58,467 nt of DNA from assembly GCF_001194135.2 (NCBI RefSeq), contig NC_068983.1, positions 12,162,217 to 12,220,683 on the forward strand. The letters are read 5' to 3'. The notes beneath the pieces were generated by a model, which had not been told where the DNA came from, did not search any database, and saw only the letters and a list, made by a program, of their open reading frames with translations. A program made the position numbers and the translations under genes. This stretch comes from Octopus bimaculoides (Eukaryota). This document shows, one piece after another, positions 1-11,899 of this stretch. Numbering within the stretch: the stretch's first letter is position 1; the number at the start of each line of letters is the position of its first letter.

Positions 1-37
1 ATATATATATATATATATCTGTGCACACACATGTATG

Positions 38-74
<37 letters not shown>

Positions 75-275
75 GTACACGCACATGTATGTATGTATGT
101 ATGTATGCCTGTATGTATGTACATATATATATACACACACACATGTATGTATGTACATATATATATACACACACACATGTATGTATGTATGTATGTATGC
201 ATGTATGTATGTATGTATGTATGTATATATGTATGTATGTATGAATGTGTGTGTATATTTGTGTGTGTATGTGAA
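1..275. repeat. Compound microsatellite (AT)n/(ATGT)n/(GT)n
   Basis: Directly visible; explains the MYVC/YIYI ORFs. Confidence 0.95.
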
Positions 276-428
276 GTGCTTATCTCTATAGGCATGGATA
301 GAAACCGTTATGTTACCAGTTTAATGAAATAGTTCAATACAACTCTTTCACATTCATTAAAAGGTGCAAATACTTTCAGGGCCTTATTGAGAACTCTGAA
401 TAGGATAATTATATTCTCCCTCTTTTAG

Positions 429-546
429 GAAGAAAGACAGCAATAATAACAATCACTCTAACTCGAGTCTGTACAAAGAAAAAAATAAGCAAACAAAATC
501 CACCATTGTATTAACACCATTTAAAGCAATTTCCACGTCAGTTTGA
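429..546 (+). CDS. Candidate terminal coding exon (KKDSNNNNHSNSSLYKEKNKQTKSTIVLTPFKAISTSV*)
   Basis: Acceptor ATTCTCCCTCTTTTAG (AG 427-428), phase-2 frame open for 38 codons to TGA 544-546, AATAAA at 811-816. No homology recognised. Confidence 0.3.
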
Positions 547-1019
547 TGTAAACAGAACCGGGATGAAGATATCATTTGCTGTTAGTATGAATTTAGAATT
601 GAATATAATTGAATGCTCAATATAACCCTAATTAAAATTGACATCAGCTAATTTCATTTGTCTATCTATTTTAGTTATATGTAATATTTGAAATTCTAAT
701 TAATCAAACTCGCTTGTATCACTTAATTATCGGTGAAGCCTTAATTTGAATTGACCTATTTTACACAGAGTAATCAGTGTAAATAGTACTTGAGAACAAT
801 GGAGGGAATGAATAAAGTAGTAGAGGATTTCTTGCCGATCAGAATCCAGTATTCTGTTTCGATTCCCAACGGGAATATTTTGCAATGAAAACGAAAAAGA
901 CAATGTTACAGTCCAAACATTTCAGATTAGCTATGAATATATTTAAATATATAATTTTACGTGTGATTTTAAGTTTTGTAAGCGATATGTAATTAACGTA
1001 ATCTATGATATAAATCCCA

Positions 1020-1055
<36 letters not shown>

Positions 1056-1294
1056 GATTATAACGGCCGTATTTTTCAAATGATTTTCTCCAAAGTGGGA
1101 ACATATATTACTTATGTTCCACAGATGGTTTTAGACTCTTAAAACGTTTCGCATAATGAGCAACGGGCCCCCTGACTGCAGAAAACAGCCGTTCCTGTGT
1201 TACGTGGAGAAGGGAAGAAACTCTTTGTGAAATAACTTTCAGAAATTGACTGTCTCCCTTACATCCATTAGTCAAAAAATTATCACAATCCTAA

Positions 1295-1664
1295 TTGGCT
1301 CCAAACAAACAGCACTGTAAGTAAAATTAACGAGCAACTGCTGCAGTACCTTCTTGGAAGTCCTCACATCCTTAAGTCAGTTGATACAATCGCAGAACCA
1401 GAAGAGGTGGTAAATTATCCAACAGAATTTCTCAATTCATTGGTCCCTACAGGACCACCTCCCCACAGATTGGAACTGAAAGTGGGAACTCCAGTAACGT
1501 TATTGAGGAGTTTGGAAACACCAACACTTTCAGAATGCGGAAAAGGAGAGGATGTTTTCATACCCACAATCCCTCTTATTCCATTGGGACCAGAAATTCC
1601 TCTTTCATTCAGAAGAGAGTAATTTCCTATTCGCATCAGCTTCGCAGTGTCTATCAATAACTCA
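1295..1664 (+). mobile_element. Helitron Rep/Hel PIF1-like helicase C-terminal relic
   Basis: Translates with one frameshift and a stop to LAP..NSTVSKINEQLLQYLLGSPHILKSVDTIAEPEEVVNYPTEFLNSLVPTGPPPHRLELKVGTPVTLLRSL..GEDVFIPTIPLIP..FPIRISFAVSINNS, matching the Helitron motifs YPxEFLNSL, PPHxLxLKVG and FAxxINKSQ. Confidence 0.9.
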
Positions 1665-1737
1665 GAACGTAAAGACAGACGAAATACCGCTAAGCATTGC
1701 GCCCGGTGTTCTAACGTTTCTGCCATCTCACCACCTT
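1659..1737 (-). mobile_element. SINE family B 5' fragment
   Basis: Reverse complement of the head GGCGAGCTGGCAGAAACGTTAGC..GCTTAGCGGTATTTCGTCTG..GTTCTGAGTT seen in the full copies at 29716 and 31807. Confidence 0.85.
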
Positions 1738-1997
1738 CAGATGTTCTGGAGAAGGACTAAACTTAGAGTTTACTGTTAGGCTGCGTAAAGCTGGATGCAA
1801 TATACAGGTAATGAAACGTGAGACAAATGAATTGTGGGTCGATGCACGTCTGAAAAGTTGGGAACATTATGGTAGCGGTAGAAAAGCAGGAGAGGAGAAA
1901 ACGATCCCTTTTTGTTAGAGGCTGGAGGGGCTTTGTATGTGACTTTACGGCACTCGTTCGAGGCGCCTTTGACTGGATGCAACTAATAATGATTGTC

Positions 1998-2000
<3 letters not shown>

Positions 2001-2045
<45 letters not shown>

Positions 2046-2180
2046 TGTATGTGCAAGCGAGTTCTTGTGTTTGACACGGGTGCGCGTGTGTATGTGTGAG
2101 TGAGTTCATGTGTGCGCGCGCGTGTGTGCGTGTATTTGTATGTGCGTGTATTTGTATGTGCGTGTGTTTGTGTGTGTCCC
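2001..2180. repeat. (GT)n and degenerate GT/GC microsatellite
   Basis: Directly visible. Confidence 0.9.
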
Positions 2181-2545
2181 TGCAGCTTAGACACTACCAG
2201 ATACTAGACTGTTCTGTAGAAGCATTTTCATATGTAATTAACTGACTTTCTCTCTGTGGTTCAGTACACTTAACAATATCTGGTTACATACCTTGTTGTT
2301 GATGCTATAAGTACTCACTGCATCTAGAGGAGGTATATATATGATAACTGGAGAAAGATCTTGAAATAACCAGGATTCTACTAATTCCTATACATGTCTT
2401 TGAACCTACCAACAATATGAAGTCATTAAAGAAACATGTAAACTGCCGCTTCATTATCACAGTATTACATTCTACACGAAAGAACTCAAATTTCAGTAAT
2501 ACAGTAAGGGTGTAGATCTCCCTCTATCATGAATGACTCTGGAAT

Positions 2546-2840
2546 TGCAACTAGAAAGTTGTCCTCCAAGGCGCAAGTCCAGGCAAGGTTGTTTCAATGG
2601 CCGGTAGTCGCCTAAGCAGTCCCCTCTCCACACCACCGATGCTGTCCAAGGGAAAGGGGCAAAGGCCGATAGAAATTGGTACCAGTGACATCGCAACTGA
2701 TTTACACACATGAGTGAACTGGAACAACGTGAAATAAAGTGCTTTGCTCAAGAACACAACCCGCAGCCCGGTCGGGTATTCGAACTCACTACCGCATGAT
2801 TGTGGGCCTAACGCTCTAACCACTGAGCGATGCGTCTTCA
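2546..2840 (-). mobile_element. tRNA-headed SINE family D
   Basis: Minus strand starts TGAAGACGCATCGCTCAGTGGTTAGAGCG (A box) then GTTCGAATACC (B box), followed by the GTGTTCTTGAGCAAAGCACTTTATTTCACGTTG core shared with 17235-17473. Confidence 0.8.
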
Positions 2841-4328
2841 AGTAATACAGTAAGTATTAGGTCTATAAAACCCAGGAAACAAAGTGGGAAGCTTCAAAGT
2901 CGTTATTCGATTTAGTAGACAAAGCAATAAACTTTCAATTACAGCCTAGTATTTTAAACAAAACAGGAAATTTTGTATAATGTTATACTAGATATACTGA
3001 CTGAATATAAAACTGGAGAAGTCCTAATTGCCAAGCTTTGAATCATTGGTTATCTCGATCAGGGTAAACCTAGAGCTAAACAAAACCTGTTACTGTAAGT
3101 AATGTTTGTTCTTGGCTGTAATAAGCTCATCCAATCTACAATGTATACGAAATGATGAGTTCTTATCTTTTCATCGGCAAAACTTGTAAAACTTGTTTCC
3201 GATCGCAACTAGAAATATCGATCGGTTGCTTTAAATACTGAAAACCGTACACTTTGAATCCACTACACCTCGTATATTAATCTCAATAACCATTGATATA
3301 CACACAATAATATATTGTACAGTATCTTACTTCAATCAGGGACACCTCACCATTGCACATCGTTAATCAATATATTTTCTCGGCCTAGATATACTTAAGC
3401 GAGTCCAGAAATGAATGAACCCAACTTTTATCAATTATATTTTGATCAGTTTATCTGAGATGCAGCATTTACATTGAAATCTAACCTCATAAAATATATC
3501 CTAAAGTACAGATGTACAGTTATGAGATTAGGTCTCCACGAAGCAGGAATTGAACAGATATGTTGAAATCGTGTTCGGAGAATATATTAATTAATTATTG
3601 TCATTTCTTCTTTAAGAGTATACTTTCAGAAAAACCTATGTGAATGGCCGGATATAAATCATGGCGTAGGTTTATAAGTTTATTATATGTGTCAAAATCA
3701 GAAAATATGTCAGCGATAACTGATAATTTACTGTTGATATTGATGGAAAGTGAAAGTAGGCCGGTTCTTAATTTATCAACTGAATAAGTGATGGAAACTC
3801 GTGATAACATGAAATATGTTAAGATAATAGGTTTCCCTTTGATTATCTATGTGTGCAACAGAAGCACATGTGTGTTGTTCCACAATTTGTATACATACAC
3901 ATATCTATAAAGAGATTTCATAAAATGATAAAGCCTGGAAAGAATAGCAAAAGTAAATGTATAAATAAAATATCTGACCATAATTGAGAAGCTAAAAGAA
4001 CCCTGCCAGAATGTAACTGTAAACATAGAACTGGAAACAAATTGGTTAAACCTGTAATCGTTCTGCACTCTTAATCTTAAAATAAATTACATTTTCCTAT
4101 CAAAATACAGAATAAATATAATACCGGAAATATCAGTGTCTATGGCTTGAATCGTTTCGTGTTCACACAGCTAACTTCCGTTCATATTATTTATATGACA
4201 ATTTTACTGACATATTAAACTGGTGATTTATAGGTGTTCCGTGCAAATTTAGCCACGAGAACTCAAAGAAAAACATATTTTAAAACTAACAGATGGAAAT
4301 ATCAATATGGTGACATCTATCCAATTAG

Positions 4329-4329
<1 letters not shown>

Positions 4330-4398
<69 letters not shown>

Positions 4399-4415
4399 GT
4401 CTATCTGTCTATCTG

Positions 4416-4489
<74 letters not shown>

Positions 4490-4506
4490 CATCCATCCAT
4501 CCATCC

Positions 4507-4582
<76 letters not shown>

Positions 4583-4620
4583 GTCTGTCTATCTATCTCT
4601 TTCTCTTTCTGTCTATCTAT
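4330..4620. repeat. (ATCT)n/(ATCC)n microsatellite
   Basis: Directly visible; source of the IYLS ORFs. Confidence 0.95.
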
Positions 4621-5039
4621 ACACACATGCTCGTACGTTCATATATGTTGTAACACGAATTGTGTAGTGCAAATAAAACACACGTACTGTATTTACGTCC
4701 ACCGCTCTACATTACTGAATGCAATTCTCCCAAGCAATCATTTTCTCTTGCGAATACATTATGATTACTAAAATTTTTCTATTTGTCATATGAGCGATCC
4801 TATTTCAGTAACATATATTATTGTAGTCAGAAGAATTTCGTACCCTAGCAGTTGACACTTCGTTTTTGCATGCTCAGGTTTTCGTTTCACTTCTGGGGTT
4901 TCATTGAAAGACCTGTCGACACCATTGGGAGTTTTAACCAAATAAATCGAGCTTTAAATCATTTAAAGGTTCCCTCAGCAGATGAGCAAAAGCGGTAATG
5001 TTTTCCAAGCCTGGAGGTGGCCAAAAGTGAAACACACTG

Positions 5040-5215
5040 AGTATACACTGCTGTGTGGTTAAAATGTCTGTTGCAAAACGATGTGATTTCCGTTTCGATC
5101 CTGTCCGACAGCACTATGAGTAAGTATCTCATACTAAAGAACGCCTTGTGAGTAAAATTTGTTATATGTAATGTGTACGGAAGCCATTGTGTACGTATAC
5201 GTATATATTTCGCCT
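5040..5215 (+). mobile_element. Highly degenerate SINE family A 5' half
   Basis: CTGTGTGGTTAA..GTTTCGATCCTG..GCCTTGTGAGT..GGAAGCCATTGTGT resembles the family A head. Confidence 0.4.
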
Positions 5216-6538
5216 ACGTGTATCAGTGAAACACGTACCACAACAAGTAACAGCCCCCAAATATCAAAATTAGTGTATCTGAACAAAACCCCACCTGGTT
5301 TTTAATCTACCTTAGTTATGAATAACTTTTCCACGAGTGAACCAGTGATTGAGTCATTAGAAATGACATGACTAATTGCTTACGGTTGTAAGTATTTCTT
5401 TCAGACTATTTTCATTCGTTACTGGACGAAGGCTCAGCATTGTTGTCGTCAGGTTGTCTCAACGAATAATAGTCCAATCTCTAAACATTTTAGACATCTA
5501 AGTACCTGCAAAGAAAAACCCCCCAAAAAACCTGTTAAATTCAGTGTTTATCTCATAAAACAAACGAGAAGTGAATTTATCAAGTTTATTTTGTGTATTT
5601 TTTAGATAGCTGAAATGGCTTTACTTCCACGATATAATTGTTTCAGTTTCAATACACAGTTTCTGACCAAATCACTAACTAGACAGCGGCATCTCTTTTT
5701 GTATAAGATATCTAATATTACTCACTGCGTTCAGTAACATGTTATGCCATGTTATATAATTCATAGGACGAATCTTAACTGAGATGAAATAACATTACAT
5801 TTGTTAGAGAATAGGAAGAGTTATAAATCAAACAATAACTGCATTTGGTATTTGTTTGAGAGTGCAATTCAATACGGAAGAAATCAAATTATAAGAAGAT
5901 ATGCTTGAGGTAACATTAAAAGAAGAAAAAAAGAGTAAAATATTAAAACAAGAGCTGATTGTTTTCTTACTGGATATTGCTTTTTTTTGTATTATATTTG
6001 AAATGTTTATTTATATCATTAAATCTATTTCCATCAAAGTACAGTCAACGTTATTGTCTTTCCTATTTTCCTTAAATAACATAATCACCTTTCGATCTTT
6101 TGCGTAAACAGAGAATAGTGAATTTTCTTAAAATACAAGAATATTCCTTTATAAGAGAAGTTATGAAATTGTTTAAAATCTATTTTCGTAGTTGCTTTTT
6201 TTCTGTTTCTTTTCAATAGCAAAACCATCAAAGAACATTAAAATAAAGTTTGTATGACATTTGACATCTCTTCATTTGGAATAAAATTCTTCTCTTAGCT
6301 GTCAAGCAATCATAAACGTGCGTATTCGTGATAGAACTTCCGAACGAGATATATCCATGCTTTATTCTTAACATGTGTTCCCTTATTCATAACAAAATTG
6401 AATGTATATAATATTGCATTAAATTTCACATTCCATTCTCTACACAACTATAACAGAGCATTTACGTATTTAATTAAATTATTTCTATAATTTCTATAGA
6501 CATTCAAGTTTCTACCTCGTTAACGATTCACCAAACTT

Positions 6539-6540
<2 letters not shown>

Positions 6541-6633
<93 letters not shown>

Positions 6634-6640
6634 AACGCAC
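6541..6640. repeat. (CA)n microsatellite
   Basis: Directly visible. Confidence 0.95.
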
Positions 6641-6906
6641 ATACACACGTGAGTAGAGATGCACGCTGTCCCCACACATATACTACAAATAATTGCATAT
6701 GCAAAAATATAATGCAATATATTAAAATAGATATAGATATATTACTTTTCATCTTGCTCCAGATATTTGAAGTTTCGTACAACTCAGTTATTCATCAGCG
6801 AAAGAAAGACAACTCGAAAAAACTGTGTGCTTGTGTGTATACACGCACGGGTGTGTAAGTATGTGTGTGTGTGTGTGTGTATTCACATATATACATATAT
6901 ATATTT

Positions 6907-7327
6907 GGTATCAAAAAGTTCCCGGACTATTTATGTTTAATTAAAGATAAGTTATTTACCTAAAGTTTTAACATCATTTCCTTCGAAATAGTCACCTTGG
7001 GCAACATTATACCTGTCCCAGCGTTCCTGCGCTTTTGGAATCCGGCCTGGAAGTTGCTTTCCGTAAGCGAGTCGAGGATCTTCTGTGATTCGCTCTGGAT
7101 CTCGACAACAGCGTTAAAACGGCCACCTTTGAGCTGCATTTTCATCTTGGGAAGACATGGAAGTCAGCGTACACAAATTTCTCAACTTGCGAAGTAAACA
7201 TAGCAATGTCACTTGGCATACCATTTCATGAAAGTCACTGCTAGCTCTCCTTCCGCGCGTAACTGTGTGCTGCCATCTGTTGGTACACTTCAGAACTTGT
7301 CCGGGAGCCTTTTGATACCACCTCGTG
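6907..7327 (-). mobile_element. Internally deleted mariner element (MITE-like)
   Basis: TIRs GGTATCAAAAAGTTCCCGGAC (6907) and GTCCGGGAGCCTTTTGATACC (to 7319). The right end continues ACCTCGTG+TA. The minus frame KMQLKGGRFNAVVEIQSESQKILDSLTESNFQAGFQK matches the mariner transposase C-terminus. Confidence 0.85.
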
Positions 7328-7439
7328 TATGTTTCATTTATACGCCATTTTGCTGCAAGATAGCGTCCTGGGAAAGCTCCCTATGAACAAAACGCATACA
7401 CATATACACTACATATATGCGACCGAATTTATCTATCTA

Positions 7440-7440
<1 letters not shown>

Positions 7441-7531
<91 letters not shown>

Positions 7532-7560
7532 TGTGTGTGTGTGTGTGTGTGCGTGTGTGT
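7441..7560. repeat. (GT)n(GA)n(GT)n microsatellite
   Basis: Directly visible. Confidence 0.95.
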
Positions 7561-8082
7561 TCATCTGTCGAAGTGACGAGCGCCATCTATTGACACATAA
7601 GGCTGACTGATGATTTGAGCGGCGATTTTGTTTAAAGTGAAGAAGAGTTGTGCACCATCTGCCGCACTCTCTCGTTTCTGACCATCTTCATTTCAGTAAC
7701 AAGACTAAGTGAAGGCTGCTGGGGGTGGATACGGGTGTAGTGGAGGATCAAGATGTCTTACTGACTCCATGCTGTTCTATGCCCTATACATTGCTCTACA
7801 GTTTAAAGTCATACCCAGGACGAAATACACATACACACACATACACGCACACACATACACGCACACACATACACGCACACACAAACAGAAACACATATTT
7901 ACATATATACAAGTAAGTACATAAATGTAAAAGAACGTTGAAGATGAGTACTCGAATACCAAAGGTAGAGTAATAGCTCATTACAACAGAAAAAATGTTC
8001 ATATGTGTGTATATATATATGTTTATGCGTGCGATTGTGTACCTATATGTGTATATGTATACGCACACTCATACACACACAT

Positions 8083-9014
8083 NNNNNNNNNNNNNNNNNN
8101 NNNNNNNNNNNNNNNNNNNNNNNNNNNNNNNNNNNNNNNNNNNNNNNNNNNNNNNNNNNNNNNNNNNNNNNNNNNNNNNNNNNNNNNNNNNNNNNNNNNN
8201 NNNNNNNNNNNNNNNNNNNNNNNNNNNNNNNNNNNNNNNNNNNNNNNNNNNNNNNNNNNNNNNNNNNNNNNNNNNNNNNNNNNNNNNNNNNNNNNNNNNN
8301 NNNNNNNNNNNNNNNNNNNNNNNNNNNNNNNNNNNNNNNNNNNNNNNNNNNNNNNNNNNNNNNNNNNNNNNNNNNNNNNNNNNNNNNNNNNNNNNNNNNN
8401 NNNNNNNNNNNNNNNNNNNNNNNNNNNNNNNNNNNNNNNNNNNNNNNNNNNNNNNNNNNNNNNNNNNNNNNNNNNNNNNNNNNNNNNNNNNNNNNNNNNN
8501 NNNNNNNNNNNNNNNNNNNNNNNNNNNNNNNNNNNNNNNNNNNNNNNNNNNNNNNNNNNNNNNNNNNNNNNNNNNNNNNNNNNNNNNNNNNNNNNNNNNN
8601 NNNNNNNNNNNNNNNNNNNNNNNNNNNNNNNNNNNNNNNNNNNNNNNNNNNNNNNNNNNNNNNNNNNNNNNNNNNNNNNNNNNNNNNNNNNNNNNNNNNN
8701 NNNNNNNNNNNNNNNNNNNNNNNNNNNNNNNNNNNNNNNNNNNNNNNNNNNNNNNNNNNNNNNNNNNNNNNNNNNNNNNNNNNNNNNNNNNNNNNNNNNN
8801 NNNNNNNNNNNNNNNNNNNNNNNNNNNNNNNNNNNNNNNNNNNNNNNNNNNNNNNNNNNNNNNNNNNNNNNNNNNNNNNNNNNNNNNNNNNNNNNNNNNN
8901 NNNNNNNNNNNNNNNNNNNNNNNNNNNNNNNNNNNNNNNNNNNNNNNNNNNNNNNNNNNNNNNNNNNNNNNNNNNNNNNNNNNNNNNNNNNNNNNNNNNN
9001 NNNNNNNNNNNNNN
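8083..9014. other. Assembly gap (N). Other gaps: 10751-11300, 13468-13540, 15012-15814, 25752-26310, 34810-35038, 40082-40299, 42376-42873, 43739-43757, 48004-48046, 50973-51547, 52458-52797
   Basis: N runs, mostly bordered by microsatellites. Confidence 1.
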
Positions 9015-9475
9015 AGTTCAAATTCCGCCGAGGTCGACTTTGCCTTTTATCCTTTCGGGGTCGATAAATTACGTACCAGTTACGCACTGGGTATCGATGT
9101 AATCGACTTAATCCGTTCGTCTGTTCTTGTTTGTTCCCTCTATGTTTAGCCCCTTGTGGGCAATGACGAAATAGGTATTTCGTTTGCCGTTACGATCTGA
9201 GTTCAAATTCCGCCGAGGTCGACTTTGCCTTTCATCCTTTCAGAGTTGATAAATTAAGTACCAGTTACGCACTGGGGTCGATGTATTCGACTTAATCCCT
9301 TTGTTTGTTCTTGTTTGTCCCCTCTATGTTCAGCCCCTTGTGGGCAATAAAGAAATAAGAAATGTTAGCGGTATTTCGTGTGTCTTTACGTTCTGAGTGC
9401 AAATTCCGTTGAGATCGACTTTGCCTCTCATCCTTTCGTGGTCGATAAATTAAGTACCAGTTGCGTGCTGAGGTC
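9015..9475 (+). mobile_element. Three head-to-tail partial SINE family B copies
   Basis: GAGTTCAAATTCCG..GAGGTCGACTTTGCC..GATAAATT(A)AGTACCAGTT repeated three times, joined at 3' GAAATA tails. Confidence 0.9.
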
Positions 9476-9853
9476 AATCTAGAAAAGAGTATATGTGGAT
9501 ATGTATATACGTGAAAGTTGAATGTTTAACGTAGTCGTGCGTGTATACATGTGCATGTTGAACTTCATGTGCATATATGCTTTGGTGCATGTATGCGTGT
9601 ATATGGTAAACTCGTTTTTTCCTTATATCTGTAGCTATTGTTGGTGTTGTGTATATATACCTAAGTGTGACAAGAATGCATGTGTCTGTATATGATTTTG
9701 TGCATTGGCTAAGAGCGTATGTAAGTTGACTTTGTGTGAGAAGGTATCTGTTGTTCTTCAGGATGTGTTTGCGCGTTTCTTGTGTATATGTACTGAGATG
9801 TGTGCGTATGTTTCTTTTTGTTTTTGCATTTGACTTACATGTGTATTTGTTAA

Positions 9854-10148
9854 GTAGAGGCGCAATGGCCCAGCGGTTAGGGTAGCGGACTCGCGGTCGG
9901 AGGAGCGCGGTTTCGATTCCCAGACCGGGCGTTGTGAGTGTTTATTGACCGAAAACACCTAAACTCCACGAAGCTCCTGTTGTACTGTTTCGCCCCAACT
10001 TTCTCTCACTCTTTCTTCCTGTTTCTTGGGTAACGCTGCGATGGACTGGCGTCCCGTCCAGCTGGGGATAACACATACGCCACAGAAACCGGGAAACCGG
10101 GCCCATGAGCCTGGCTAGGCTTTGAAAGGGCGACGTCTATCGTTTTAT
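9854..10148 (+). mobile_element. tRNA-headed SINE family C with V-domain-like core
   Basis: Head TGGCCCAGCGGTTAGG/GTTTCGATTCCC, core GCGATGGACTGGCGTCCCGTCCAG, and TSD TGTATTTGTTA at 9842-9852 and 10149-10159. Confidence 0.85.
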
Positions 10149-10514
10149 TGTATTTGTTATATGTATGTGCGTGTATGTGTGTATACGTCTAACATACGAG
10201 CGTACTTAACATACACGTAGGCACTGCTCAAAACTCACTGGTTTACATATACAGGCACTATACGCGCCCACACAAACAGCTTGCGTACACATCACTTAGT
10301 CAAACATACATACACTATATAAGGAAAATATACACCGCTCATCACAAAAATATATACGCACACAATTCAGACAGCAACTCAACTCATACACCCACATATA
10401 TATACGCATACATACTATTATTGACTCAAATGCAAAACTAGATTTTAAATATACTCGTATACAAGCTATATGTTAATAAAGACATACACGAGTGAATACA
10501 TACTAAAAAGCACT

Positions 10515-10750
10515 CACGCACACAGACATACAGACACGCACACACACACACGCACACACACAGACATACAGACACACACACACAGACACACACACACACA
10601 GACATACAGACGCACACACAGACACACACACACACACACGGACATACAGACACACACACAGACATACAGACACACACACACAGACACACACACACACACA
10701 GACATACAGACACACACACACACACACACACACAGACATACAGACACACA
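10515..10750. repeat. (CA)n/(CAGA)n/(CATA)n compound microsatellite
   Basis: Directly visible; runs into a gap. Confidence 0.95.
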
Positions 10751-11744
10751 NNNNNNNNNNNNNNNNNNNNNNNNNNNNNNNNNNNNNNNNNNNNNNNNNN
10801 NNNNNNNNNNNNNNNNNNNNNNNNNNNNNNNNNNNNNNNNNNNNNNNNNNNNNNNNNNNNNNNNNNNNNNNNNNNNNNNNNNNNNNNNNNNNNNNNNNNN
10901 NNNNNNNNNNNNNNNNNNNNNNNNNNNNNNNNNNNNNNNNNNNNNNNNNNNNNNNNNNNNNNNNNNNNNNNNNNNNNNNNNNNNNNNNNNNNNNNNNNNN
11001 NNNNNNNNNNNNNNNNNNNNNNNNNNNNNNNNNNNNNNNNNNNNNNNNNNNNNNNNNNNNNNNNNNNNNNNNNNNNNNNNNNNNNNNNNNNNNNNNNNNN
11101 NNNNNNNNNNNNNNNNNNNNNNNNNNNNNNNNNNNNNNNNNNNNNNNNNNNNNNNNNNNNNNNNNNNNNNNNNNNNNNNNNNNNNNNNNNNNNNNNNNNN
11201 NNNNNNNNNNNNNNNNNNNNNNNNNNNNNNNNNNNNNNNNNNNNNNNNNNNNNNNNNNNNNNNNNNNNNNNNNNNNNNNNNNNNNNNNNNNNNNNNNNNN
11301 NAATACGTTTTCTCATTCACCTCTTTGAATATTTTAATTCACTTTCTTTTCTTTGTCCCAAAATATTGATAACGTAAGGAACACAGGTTTTCGTCCCAAC
11401 GTATTCTCGATTTCTATATGTTCTCCATATATTTCGAGAGTTGAAAAGCGTATATGTGGAGATGTATATATATGTGAAAGTTGAATGTTTAACCTAGTTG
11501 AGCGTGTATACATGTACGTGTTGAAGTTCATGTGTATATATGCTTTGGTACATGTATGTATGTACATGGTAAGCTCGTTTTTTCCGTGTATCTGTAGCTA
11601 TTGTTGGTGTTGTGCATGTATACGTAAGTATGACAAGAATGCATATGTCTGTATATCGTTTTGTGCATAAGCTATATACTATAATTTATACTAATCCTAT
11701 GAATTTTACCAGTGGCTCTTAACTCACTCTTTTCTTTTCCTCAG

Positions 11745-11899
11745 GCCACCTACATCGTGTCACTCTGTCAGTTTTAGCACTAACTACTATGCTCAGCCCT
11801 TTCACTTGTCTGTATCAGCACTCTGGTGTATGTTCTTTGCACAGGTTTTCTTTTCCAGCAATCGTCGACTTTTACCCGTTGAAGAAGAACATCGAAAAG
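11745..11899 (+). CDS. Candidate internal exon (155 nt)
   Basis: Strong acceptor CTCTTTTCTTTTCCTCAG, donor AAG|GTAAAT. Two frames are open end to end (..HLHRVTLSVLALTTMLSPFTC..LKKNIEK or ..PPTSCHSVSF..LLPVEEEHRK). Product unknown. Confidence 0.45.

Noticed and set aside
3601-3810. 69-aa minus-strand ORF with a possible upstream acceptor
   Set aside because: Weak acceptor and no recognisable domain.
4234-4771. IYLS, VCVC, THTH and MYVC repeat ORFs throughout
   Set aside because: Translations of di- and tetranucleotide microsatellites.
7995-9149. Long ORFs containing X runs (also near 10.4, 14.9, 25.6, 42 and 50.9 kb)
   Set aside because: They are open only because N gaps contain no stop codons.
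9854-9930. tRNA genes
   Set aside because: All tRNA-like A/B-box segments continue into SINE bodies and none forms a complete cloverleaf that I could see.
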